This document shows positions 14,001 to 26,922 of a stretch of DNA of 64,000 bases, piece after piece. Below the pieces are notes generated by a model that was given only the letters and a program-made list of their open reading frames with translations, was not told the origin of the DNA and ran no database searches. Every line of letters starts with the position of its first letter. Within the stretch, counting starts at the first letter, position 1. The position numbers and the translations under genes are program-made. Source of the DNA: Octopus vulgaris (lineage: Eukaryota); the NCBI GenBank assembly GCA_951406725.2, contig OX597814.1, positions 181,474,001 to 181,538,000 of the forward strand, written 5' to 3'.

Positions 14001-16866
14001 CTTTTTTGTGCATTTGGTTTGCAGAAAATAAAGAAATATTTGCTGGACAGCAAATAGAGACGTGGACATTGCTTGGGAAATAATTTTCATTTTTAACCTC
14101 GTATATAGTATGCACTAGGGATTTTGACCTTTAAATTTTGGGGAAAAATGCGGATTATACTCAAGGATTTACGGTATATCATCATCATCATCATTCAATG
14201 CCTGTTTTTCATGCTGGTATGGGTTGGCCAGTTCAAGAGGAGACAATAAACCAGGGGACTGCACCAAGCTCCAATGTTTGTTTTGGCATGGTTTTTTTTT
14301 TTTCATGATAATGGCACTAGTGAGGTCACCAAGTAACTTGCAAGGCAAGGCCTCTCAAATGATTGCAGGTTTAGTATAAAGAAAGGTGAAAATATGACAG
14401 AGAGACAGGAACAGGTATCTTGCTGAGGAGGAGATACATGGTTTTCCAAGATGAAAAATAAAGAGAGGTACAAAGTGAGTATAAGAGCACAAGAGTATGA
14501 AAGGAGTGTGACAGATGGTTAGAGATGGAGATTGAGGTGGATACAGTGAATGGTGTACGTGGTTGGAAGTATGGTCAATGGTGAATATCAATTTTGCCAG
14601 GGGTGGGGATGAGGCAGAAGTGAAGGATATAGGAGTGGGTCAGAGAAGAGGTGACAAAGAACAGAAATGGAGAGGTGATGTGAAGTGTCAGGAGAGAAAT
14701 GGTATCATTTACAGTTTCTAAGCGAGTAGTTCCATAGTGAATTATGGGGTAAGGCTTGACAAGTTTCTTTCAGTTTCCATCTACTAAATCCACCCATAAG
14801 GCTTTGGTTCACCCAGTAAACACTTGCCCAAGATGCTACGCAGTGTAACTGAACATGAACCTATGTGATTGCAAAGCAAACTATCTGAATCACACATTTA
14901 TGCCTGCATCCTTACACATACACACACATGTATATATGCATGTGTGTATGTAGATGTGCAATTGTCATATGTAAAAGATGAGAGCACTGAATGCTAGTCT
15001 GGTACAGTTTATTGTAATATAAATATTATAAATATAATATGATTGCCAAGATATGCTACAAATTGCTTCATGATGTTATGTCATATTTGTGAAATATATT
15101 ATTCAGGTGTACAAACAGCCAACAATATAATATAAACAGGAATAAATACATACATCATCTCCATCACACAAACTGGTATCTAGGCGTGCTCCATGAGCAA
15201 TAAGAAGATCTGTCATTTTGGAATTGTTATTACACAGTGCATAATAGAGTGGAGTAGCTCCTCGGTCACCCTGGCAGAAATAAGGAGGAAGTTACAGTTA
15301 GAAAATCAAATTTGAAGAATGGAAAAAAAAAAGCACATGATTTTTTAAAGATATGAAGATTCAGATAAAACAGGAAGCTGTGATGCTCAAATCTTGTCAA
15401 TGGCATTAAGCAGTTTCAAGTGTAAATCAAAACAGAATCATGGACTCAGTTCATGAAGGACTTGGTCTATATCATGATACTTGTTGAACTCATTCACTCA
15501 CTACACATATGCCAATACATACTCTTATACATACATGGACACATTCAAGCAACTCACACAAATACTAGCATATAGCTAAACACTGAAACACACACCTGTA
15601 GAAAGACAGTAAGTGAAATGTGTAGGTGAAGATACTTTTGAAACAAAAGTCACACTGTACAGACACCAAAATGTGTTATCAAAAAAGATATAAACTTAAC
15701 ATTCACTTTTTCTCAACTAATAAAAGATTCAAGTTCATGTGACTTATGAAGTAAAAAAAATGCTTAAAATTCAAGTTACAAGGATGGAAAACAACATGTA
15801 ATTTGCAAATATATTTTAAATCCAGTGAATTGGCAAAGAAAAAAATAAGTAAGGAAAGAATCATCTTCAAACTTTATCAAACTTCAACCTTTTTTTGATT
15901 TACAGAAGTGCATCCTATATCTAAATAATAAAGTTGTAGCAGGAAATGGTAGGAGGAACAGTGCATAAGAATAGTTCAAAATTCAATAATTTACTCTTTT
16001 GAAGGTTCATAGGACAACAAAATAGATTCTGTTTAAAAAAGCATAATTATTGGGATTAAAAAAAAAATTTTTTAACATTAAAAAAATGTTCAGTCTTTAA
16101 TTCAAACTGACCACCATAATATTTATTAGAATCTTTTCTTAAGTTATGTCCAAACACCAACTTAATATACCAATAACTGAAATAGATATTTTAGTAAATC
16201 ATTCCAAATTCTTGGTTATTTTCAAAATTTATTGAAGCACATAGGTAGTGTCTCTCATATGGTAACTAAAGGGTTAAAGAGGTGCTCAGTATTCTAACGT
16301 AGTCACTAACATCACAGCTTTAGTGGGAGGAATCTTTCCAACTAGTGTGGTTGAGATCAGAACATTCTGACATGAAGCACTTACTTTTAAGATTGCAAAA
16401 GTATTCAATTCACACCAGCAGAGGAAACATCAGTGTAATAAAAAAAAAAGAAGAGTATATAAATAAACAAGAAAAAATACCTGCCTGCCCACAGATAATA
16501 TTTTCAGAAATGACAACATTATTCCCTCTCAGGACTTACGCTCATAGATCTATGCAGAATTGCACCCAAGGACTTATGCTCTGGTTTCTATAACTTCAGA
16601 AAGTTGAACTATGAACTTTTAAGCTTCTTTTTTCTTCTCTCTTTCCATCTCCTTATTCTTTTACTCCCTTCCTCTATGTTGTCATATTATGAATATATAC
16701 CATTCTCATTTTCCATACCCCCCCCCCAATTTGTCTCTGATGATGGAATATCCCATACTCAAGGATATCCCAGAAACAGCTGTAAGATTTTGAATTTCTT
16801 CCTGTAATAATATTGTATATGATTTGAGATGTTTGCCTTGCCTTAATGCTTGATGTCCTGTTTAAC

Positions 16867-16905
<39 letters not shown>

Positions 16906-17544
16906 ATTCTGGAGGCGCAATGGCCCAGTGGTTAGGGCAGCGGACTTGCGGTCGCAGGATCGCGGTTTCGATTCCCAGATGGGGCGTTGTGAGTGTTTAT
17001 TGAGCGGAAACACCTAAAGCTCCACGAACTCCAGCAGAGGGTGGTGGCGATCCCTGCTGTACTCTTTCGCCACAACTTTCTCTCTCACTCTTTCTTCTGT
17101 TGGCCTGCTTTCTTAGCCAGCGGGGTGGGGTCATTTGAAGGCTAAAACAATGTGAAGCGCATTGTGACCAGCGATGTGTAGCAACATCTGATAGCCTGGT
17201 CGGTCACGGTGATCACGGTGATATATATATATATATATACTTATTTATATATATACATACACATACATTAAACATAAACAAATTACATAGACAAATATAG
17301 TAATTTGTAACATAAAAAGATAAATGTATTTATCTTTTATTTGTTTCAATCATTAGACTGTGGCCATGGTTGGGTTCTATCCTGAAGAATTTTAGTCGAA
17401 TGAATCGACCCTAGTACTTAGTTTGTTTTTATTTAAGCCTGGTACTTATTCTATCAATCTCTTTTACCAGACTGCTAAGTTATGGGGGACATAAACACAC
17501 CATCACCGGTTATCAAGTGGTGGTGGGGGACAAACAGATATAAA

Positions 17545-17592
<48 letters not shown>

Positions 17593-20500
17593 TCAGGTTA
17601 CTTTCAGTTTCCATCTACCAAATCTACTCAAAAGCTTTGATCATCCCAAGGCTATAGTAGAAGACATTTGCCCAAGGTGCCATACAGTGAGACTGAATCT
17701 GGAACTAGATTCTTCTCTCCACATAGCCACACCTCGTATAAAATATTAAGATGTTTATGAAAAATAATTCAGAAATTCATAGCAAAGTATAATAATTCTT
17801 ACCCCATTTCGAAAATTCATATTCACTGGTTTTTTGGATTCAATAACTTCACTGACAAGAATTATGTCATCAGCAAGCACACCATGGGCCAAATCCTAAA
17901 ATATAAAATGAAAAATAACTGAATTGATTCTTTAGCAACATCAGTGTAATAAAAAATATCACAGGGGCTTGGAAAAGACAAGAATAAACAACAGCAAGCA
18001 AGATCAATCTTCGAAGAATTAAGAGGCAAAAATTTGTCTGAAAGGTGCCAAATCTTTTATCAAATGAACTCAAACGGAAACAACTTTTCAGTGTCTCTTT
18101 TCCATATTAGTTTGGACAAAAGGGATTTAAATCTCCATTTATCTCAGCCCAGTGTCATTTCATCTAACAGAAAATATTCTCAGAAATAACATCGTTCCCT
18201 ACCATGAATCCATGTTGACCAATTTCTAATAATCTCTTATTAATGTGTTTTGGATCAGGTTAGTTATTTTTCATAGTTATCCTTTTGAGTACCAATTACA
18301 GATAGAGGGCACATTTTACAGATAGTGACAACTATAGCTTGCAACCTCTCTACTTAAAAAAAAAAGAAAAAGAGAAATATGCTTACAGTAAATCCTTGAG
18401 TATAATACGCAGGGGATTTTTATAGGGCTGTACCTCTGAAAAACCTAAACTTTGTGTATAATACGCACCCCTTCTCTAACTTGAGTCAAGGAGGTCTATA
18501 TAACATCCCTGGTTTGTAAAAATGTATACGGTAATGTCCTTTATCATTATTGTATATATAACATAATGCAAACATGTGGCTTTTTTGTGCATTTTGTTTG
18601 TAGAAAATAAAGAAATAACAGTAATAACGTTTATAAATAGTTGCTTACTGCAAGTTATGGATGATTCTTTTATGACTTCATTGCTTTCAGGATTAGCTTA
18701 AGGTATTTTCGCACCCGATATCACAAAATGCGTCTGAATAAACATTGCCGGACAGCATATAGAGACTCGGACATTGCTTAGAAAATAATTTTCATTTTTA
18801 ACCTCGTATATAGTACGCACTAGGGATTTTGACCTTTAAATTTTGGGAAAAAAACGTGGCTTATACTCGAGGATTTACAGTAAATAAGAAAAAGAAATAA
18901 GAAGATATCATTTAAAAACATACCATAGATGGATTTATTTCACTAACTAAACGATCCATATTTTCAACACCATGCTCAATAGCAAGTTGTACCAAAGTTT
19001 TTCCATTCTGTAATTAATAAAAAAAAAAACCTCAGTTTGAAATTCAGTATCTTCTAGAATAATGTATTTTTTAAAGCGAGGAAACAATCAGAATTATAAG
19101 CAATTTGCTGTACTTTCTCCCTACCTTCTCTATATCAGTTCTGCACCACTGATTAACTAAACGTCGCACACTCATCAAATCATCATTTTCAACAGCATTC
19201 CACATCCCAGGCTGTAAACAGAGAAAAACAACTATGCAAAAAATTTAACAAGTTCATGATTTTTTATAGAATACCAATTACATCTTACACAAGCCAAAAC
19301 AGTCAAATTTACAAAAGATATTTTTGAGATATTCATGCTTTCTCCTTCAAATATTAGAATTTGAAATGGAATGTTTTCATCTGTATATTACATCTGTGTC
19401 ATCTAAAGACTTCCAGAAGTTCTATTGGACTTTGACATTCAGATAGATAGAATAAATGGACACTGTAGACCAGATATATAAATGACATGGAGGAAAAAGA
19501 ACAGTTCATAATAGATGTGGTAATTCCTCTAGACAATGCAAACAAAAGTGAGAAAAGATCTCAAAATATGCTGAATTAAAAGAAGAAATATCAAGAATGT
19601 GGAGTTGGTCAACAACAAAAATGGAAGTCATACCACTTTTGTCCCACCTAGAATGGTTGGACATGTGAATGACAAATTTGGTATGCATTGCTGATGATGT
19701 TTAACAACACAGAAATGCAGTAACCAATGATTTGATGATGTCAATGGTGTAATGTGTCTTTACATGTTGTCAAAGAGGAAAAATTTCTTGTGAGACTATT
19801 TGTGCAGTGAAAGGTCTTCCCAAGTTTCAGTGTGCACAATTATGCTAAATATTATTATATGTGCATATATTTTACTTAATGTTGTTCAGTGCAACAACAT
19901 TAATGAAATAATTTGAACAAGCTTTATGCAATGCCTTCCTGAAATGAGAATGCACGGACAGTTTGAAAGGAATACACAAGATGTTAAGGATAAATCAGCA
20001 TCATAGGCATGGCTTGAGCAAGGTAATTTGAAGTGTACCATCGAAAGCCTGATCATTGCTGCACAAGACTAGTATCCCGCTACCAATTCAGTGAAGTATA
20101 ACATCTATAAAACTTCTGACACCCAGAAATGCAGACTCTGTGGAAAGAATGTGGAAAATGTGACCCACTTGGTAAGTGAATGTGAGAGCTTTGCACAAAA
20201 CGAATACAAGTGCTGCCACGATAAAGTGTATGTGTATCTTCATTGGCTCTTATGCCGTAAATACTGATATGAAGTAGCAGAGAACTGGTATTACATGTTC
20301 CGAGTAAAGTTATGCAGGATGATGGATAATTAACGATACTCTGGGACTATGATTTTCAGACGTGTAATCGAACACCGTCAGCCAGATAATGTCATATTGA
20401 ATAAGAGAGACAAATACTGTCAGATCGTTGATGTAGCCATACCAAATGACATGAATGTTGTCAGTAAAGAGGTTGAAAAAAATCACCAAGTACTCCAAAC

Positions 20501-20774
20501 TGAAAATGGAAATGGCAAGACTGTATGGAATATGAGAGGGTAATGTAAAAGTGATACCAGTGGTGATTGGAGTGTTGTGCTCAATCCCATTGAAACTTCA
20601 AAACTTTTTAAGGCAACTGGAAATCCCATGCAAGATTGATGTCTTACAAAAAGCAGCCTTATTGGGCACAGCACACATCTTAATGAAAGTATTATCTGTC
20701 TGAGGTCCTTGTTGTGACTTGGCAGATGACTAAAGACTCCAGTGCATTTTTACCTACACTGAGTTATGAAGGAA

Positions 20775-20840
<66 letters not shown>

Positions 20841-23800
20841 TAATGCTAACAACAATGCTCTGTTTTATCAAGAGGGGAAAATTTGTAGGAAGTTCAACAA
20901 TTGAAAAAAAATGTGCCCAGTTTGTTAGTATATTACTAGTACTTACTTTATCCATCCTGGAGGGATAAAAGGCTAAGTGAACATTGGTAATATTTGAACT
21001 TAGGATATAACAGGACAGCATTAAACATTGTATGCTAACTAATCCAGTATGCCACTGGGGCTGAATCAACTGCAGTATATAACTGGTATTTATCCTTTTA
21101 ACCCATAAGGGAGGATAAGCAAAATTAAACATTGCAGTACCTGAATTTAGCAAAATGTAACTAAATATTGCAAAACAAGAGACCCCAAATAGAAAATAGA
21201 AGATAGCAAATATAGTACAGAAAAATCATATTACAAACCATGTATTTTTCAAATACATTTTTGACATTGTTTTGCAATGTAGATTTTCTTCTTGTGAGTT
21301 CATCAAGGACATTGATACCCGCCTGAAAATATATTTCATTGATAAAACATGAATTTAGACTTTAATAACAGGTAAAGAGTTATAGTTGTAAGGCATTCAC
21401 AAAAATCTAATATTTAATTAGTCAATACCATCAATTCTGATGCTTGACAGATACTTTCTTAATTGCCTTCAGTGGGAAGAAAGATAAAGCTGACCTCAAC
21501 AGAACTTGAACTCAGAATATAAAGAGTTGGAAAGCATTTTCATTAACAATTCTGCCAGTTCACTGCCTTACACAGTTTCTGATTTAGACACAAAAGAAAT
21601 CTGAGGGCTGAGGTACTCGCCAGGTACTTTATTTTATCAACAGCAGAGGTATGAAAGGTAAAGCTGACTTTAGTGAGATTCAAACCCTGAACATAAGGAG
21701 CCAGGACAAATATCACAAGGTAGTTTGCATGTCACTTTAATGAGAGTCTGCCACCCACAACCTTAATAATCCTTTCTACTATAGGCATAAGGCCTGGAAT
21801 TTTTGGGTGTGTGGGGTGGAGTTGATTACATTGATACCAGTGCTTAACTGGTATGTATTTAATTGACCCTGAAAGGATGAAAAGCAAAGTTGCCTCTGAT
21901 GACATTTGAACTCAGGACATAAAAATCCTGGGGAAATGCTGCAAAGCATCTTGTTTGATATGCTAACAATTCTGATAGCTCATGGCCTTAACAACAACAA
22001 CAACAACAACAACACATAGCAACAACAACAACTAACCTGATTAACAGCATACACGTCTGCATTACACCGCAACAAGGCCTCAACAAAAGTGGCATCAATT
22101 TCTTTCCCATTTTGCAGGTATGTCAAAAGTGGAATGGATCCATCCTAACCGAGTTATAATAGAACAGAGTTTAGAAAAAATATATAAAAATAGATCTAAA
22201 GACTTCATAAATACAAGCAAGAAATCAAATATATATATACATACATATATACATACATACATATATATATATGTATATATAACAAAATAATAAGTAAAAC
22301 ATATGCATATATACATACATATATGTACGTACCTACATCTATATGTATATATATACAAATAGATGTAGGTATGTATATATATGTATGCATATATGCATAT
22401 GTTTTATTTATTATTTTGTTATATGATGGAACGCCACGCATCCTCTTCAAAGTAAGTTTTATATATATATATATATATACTGACATATGCATATGAGTAT
22501 ACACAAGCACACATACATATATATAAACATATGCACACACACATACACATATATAGGAGAAAGAAGACAAAACTGGCAGAAATTATTAGCAACAATCAAA
22601 GAAAAGTGGAGATAATTTTTAAAGAATTAAGACTGGTTTTTGCAAAAATATTAATTTACTTGTTCTTCCTTGTTATAGCATACATCTAATCCCTAATACG
22701 CATGTTCAGTTAGCATCTCTTTTACCCTTTTACAAAAAAGAGAAGTAAGGAATAGGTTAAGTCATGTGAACTGTGATCCCTACAGTGGCTGGTTGAAAGA
22801 TGCTTAGGATTCCAGTCACTCACCTTTATTGTCACACAGCATGGCTTCTTTTATGGTTTTCTCTTGTAGTCATTTATTCAAACATGAGCCTACACCATAA
22901 GAAAAGTGTTATTTAATCTGTTAACCCCAAATTAGCCCTGATCAAAGAGATCAATGATCAAAGATATTCTAGCCATGACCATCACAATTCTATCTTTTGA
23001 AATACCAAGATATACATTATCCAATGGCTTCTTTCTTTAACATGGTAGGTTGTGATTTGAGAGAAATCTGACTACTGTTTCTAGCAGATCAAGTAACCAT
23101 ATAGAGGCTTCCTCATTAACCTTTAACCTTAGTGTAGTAATTTAATTATGTTAATTAAGTACGGTAAGCCATTTCACACTCTAAGGCATGGCATATTGAT
23201 TTCAAATTTTGGCACAAGGCCAACAGTTTTGAGGGAGAGTCCAAGACAATTAAATTGCCCCCAGTTCTCAAATGGTACTTATTTTACCAACCCTGAAAGG
23301 ATGAAAGGCAAAGTGAACCTTGGCAGAATTTGAACTCAGAACACAGAGATGGATGAAACGCCACTAAGCATCTTGCCCAGTATGCTAATGATTCTGCCAG
23401 CTTGCTGCTTTAACCTGAGGTACTACATATTGGTATTTGATATAACACTGAAAGATAATGTCACTTTAGCAATGACATTCTGTTGCTGGTAGAATAACAG
23501 ACAGAAACGGTCCATTTCCTCATCATTGTTGTCATTATGTGGAGCATCATTGCCAAAGTAATAATCTAAACTGCCTAAAACGGCTTAAGAAAATTTTAGT
23601 CATGATAATGAAAATGATGATTAATTTTCTTCAGGACATTACAATATACATAGTTAAATATGGCACTTACTTTTGTATTTGGGTGATTGATATTCAGACC
23701 TGCATTCCGTAAGAGGTAGACAAGTTTAGTGGCTTCAGCTACACCACTTGGTTTCTCAACCAATCCATTGATGAGAGTATCAAAAAGGTCATCCTAGAAT

Positions 23801-24237
23801 TAAAAGGAAACACATGTAAAGGGATATTCCTCGAATACTTATAATTTATTAAATATTTAAAACAAATTTTGTATTATGAAATGAGGACATTTTTAGAATA
23901 ATAAATATTTCTTTTTTTAATACTCTTGTTCTGAGGTTTATATCATAGCAGTTGCAAACATTATAATGCATCCTAAATGGGCGAAACCTGTCCAAATCTT
24001 AGCAGGTATGTGACAATGTACTTTTAGGAAGGTGGAAATACTATATTAATGAAAATTTCAAAACAATATATAGAGACCCAAGAACAGTGAGAAATAATTC
24101 TACAATCGTCCTTGGAATAACAGGTGCAAATCAGAAAGAGACAGGAATAAGACAGAGAGGTGGAGAGGGGCAGAGAGAATGACAGAAATGGGAGAGAAAG
24201 ATACATTCATAAGATCTTTTGGATTTTTACACTTTCA

Positions 24238-24318
<81 letters not shown>

Positions 24319-24339
24319 ATAATTGATGACTTATAAGAC

Positions 24340-24385
<46 letters not shown>

Positions 24386-26891
24386 GTTAATAATTAACTC
24401 TTTGAAAGCAGAAATTGGATATATCTGCTTGAAATTTTATTACTGTTAATTGTGGAAAGTGGTTTTACCTTCAGGTCTGACTACAGCCAATTTCTTCCAT
24501 AAGGAGAGAGACAGGCAGACAGACAGAAAGAAAAAGAGGGAGGGAATGAGGACAATGAAAGGAAAATTTGATCTAGATGAGTGCACAGAGCCAGAACAAA
24601 TACCTATTTCTTTACTACCCACAAGGGGCCAAACACAGAGAGGACAAACAAGGACAGACACACAGATTAAGTCGATTACATCGATCCCAGTGTGTAACTG
24701 GTACTTATTTAATCAACCCTGAAAGGATGAAAGGCAAAGTCGACCTCGGAATTTGAACTCAGAATGTAGCAGCAGACAAAATACCGCTGAGCATTTCGCC
24801 TGGCATGCTAACGATTCTGCCAGCTCGCCGCCAGAACAAATACCATAAAACAACTTATCTGATGCTGTAACGATTCAGTTAATTCACCACCTATACGAGT
24901 TGCTTATCAAAGTAATGAATGCATGATATGGTCTAGCAATTTATCCCATCATATCAGTAGTAATTATTTCATCAAGTGAGAAAAGAATTTAGTTTGAGTG
25001 AACTTGATAGGATTTTAACTCAAAATTTTAAACTATAGTCGGTAGAGCATCAGACTTTTAATCGCTAAGTTAGCAAGTGATCTGGGGGTCGTGGGTTCGA
25101 GTCCCCCCTGTGGGTGAATGCTTTTATTTTAAATGGCGGTGCATCAGCATGGCCGCAGCTCTGAGCTGAAACTAGAGAGAAAAAAAAAGGACCAGGAGAT
25201 GGGGCAATTTGCTGTACTTAATAAGACACTTCAAGTTAAATAAAATTGCTGTCTTCCACACACACAAGCTTGTCCTTTCAGGTGCTTGTGCTACATCAAC
25301 ACACCTGTGCCAGTGCTATGTTAGCACACCCATGCTAGTGCTACGTAACTGCACTTGTCCCAATGGCACATAGAAAACACTCAGCACACTCTGTTCAGCG
25401 GTTGGCATTAGGAAGGACATCTAACCATAGAAACCATGCTACAACAGACAGTTGGAGCCTGGACAGCTACCTGCTAGCCAGCTCCATGTCAACCGTCCAA
25501 CCCATGCCAGCATAGAAAGTGAACATTAAACAATGATCATCATCATTATCATCGTTTAACATCCGCTTTCCATGCTAGCATGGGTTGGATGATTTTGACT
25601 GAGGGCTGGCGAACCAGATGACTGCACCAGGCTCCAATCTTGATTTGGCAGAGTTTCTACAGCTGGATGCCCTTCCTAACGCCAACCACTCCGAGAGTGT
25701 AGTGGGTGCTTTTTACATGCCACTGGCACGGGGGCCAGTCAGGTGGTACTGGCAATGACCTCACCCGAATCCTTTTACACATGCCACCAGCACAGGTGCC
25801 AGTTGGTAACGACCACGCTCGAGGCGACGTTGGTAATAGTAATATATTATAGAACTGGTCCACTGTTTGTCTTTAAACTTAGCAGTTATATACTAGGTTT
25901 AGTTATATACCATCAATCCTTTAACATTTAAACCAGCCATATTAGGCCCAAATATTCTACCTGGTTTATGGTCAAACCAACTAGATCTGACCTCTCACAC
26001 CTACCCAACAATATCATTCTATAAATAATCACACCTTTAAAATCTTAAAACTGTGAGATAATGCATGATTAATTCAAAACAATATGAATAAATAAACATT
26101 AGCCTGAAAGTTAAAGAGTTAATTAATACAACTTATTTTGTACTTATTAGAATTAGGATGCATAGTAGATGTTTGTGTTACAATAATGCTAAGACCATTA
26201 CTGACCCCTTGAAATGTCTCCTCATTGACTAGTTTTCCACACAAAATATTTTATAGCTGGATGCTTTTACTTACTGTCAAACATTATTTAACTTTAAGGT
26301 AACTTATTGCATTCTAATATATTTCTAATGATTGCATCACAATACTGTATTTTATATTTCTGCTTCTTGAATGTATGCTGATTGTAATTGTAAAAATGAC
26401 TTCTAACCATGGTTACAGTTATGATGAGACAGAGCCATCTAACCCATGAAAGTGGAAAATCAAACATTGAATGAAATCATGGATGATGAAAACCATGATG
26501 ATGACAACGGCATTGGTCATGATGACAACAATGATGATGATGGTGATTATGATAACTAAATATGGCAAAACAAAAGACCCCCAAATAGAAAATAGAAGAT
26601 AGCAAATATAGTACAGAAAAATCATATTATAAACCATATATTTTTCAAATACATTTTTGACAATGGCAATGATAGCAACTAAGATAGCAGCTAACAATTC
26701 AATGTTAGTTTGTTTTTTTTTTTATAAAAGCGTCGTAAATTACATATTATTAATGACTTACTTGCTGTTCTGATATCAGCGTTTCTCCATAGAGAATATC
26801 CTTGGAATTGTCTGGGTTCAGCTGTCTCACATACTCATACAGTTCCTAAAATAAAAAGATAAATAATCATTAATAGCACTGTGTATGTGTG

Positions 26892-26922
<31 letters not shown>

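Noticed and set aside
16911-16990. tRNA-like sequence (also 36161-36235 and 62570-62640)
   Set aside because: It has A/B boxes but no complete cloverleaf, and it continues into SINE bodies with tails or TSDs.
23960-24000. ataatgcatcctaaatgggcGAAACctgtc and a similar tttGAAGAG...GAAACtgttgGTA at 40146-40190 as extra hammerheads
   Set aside because: The cores are too degenerate and there is no supporting inverted partner, so chance cannot be excluded.
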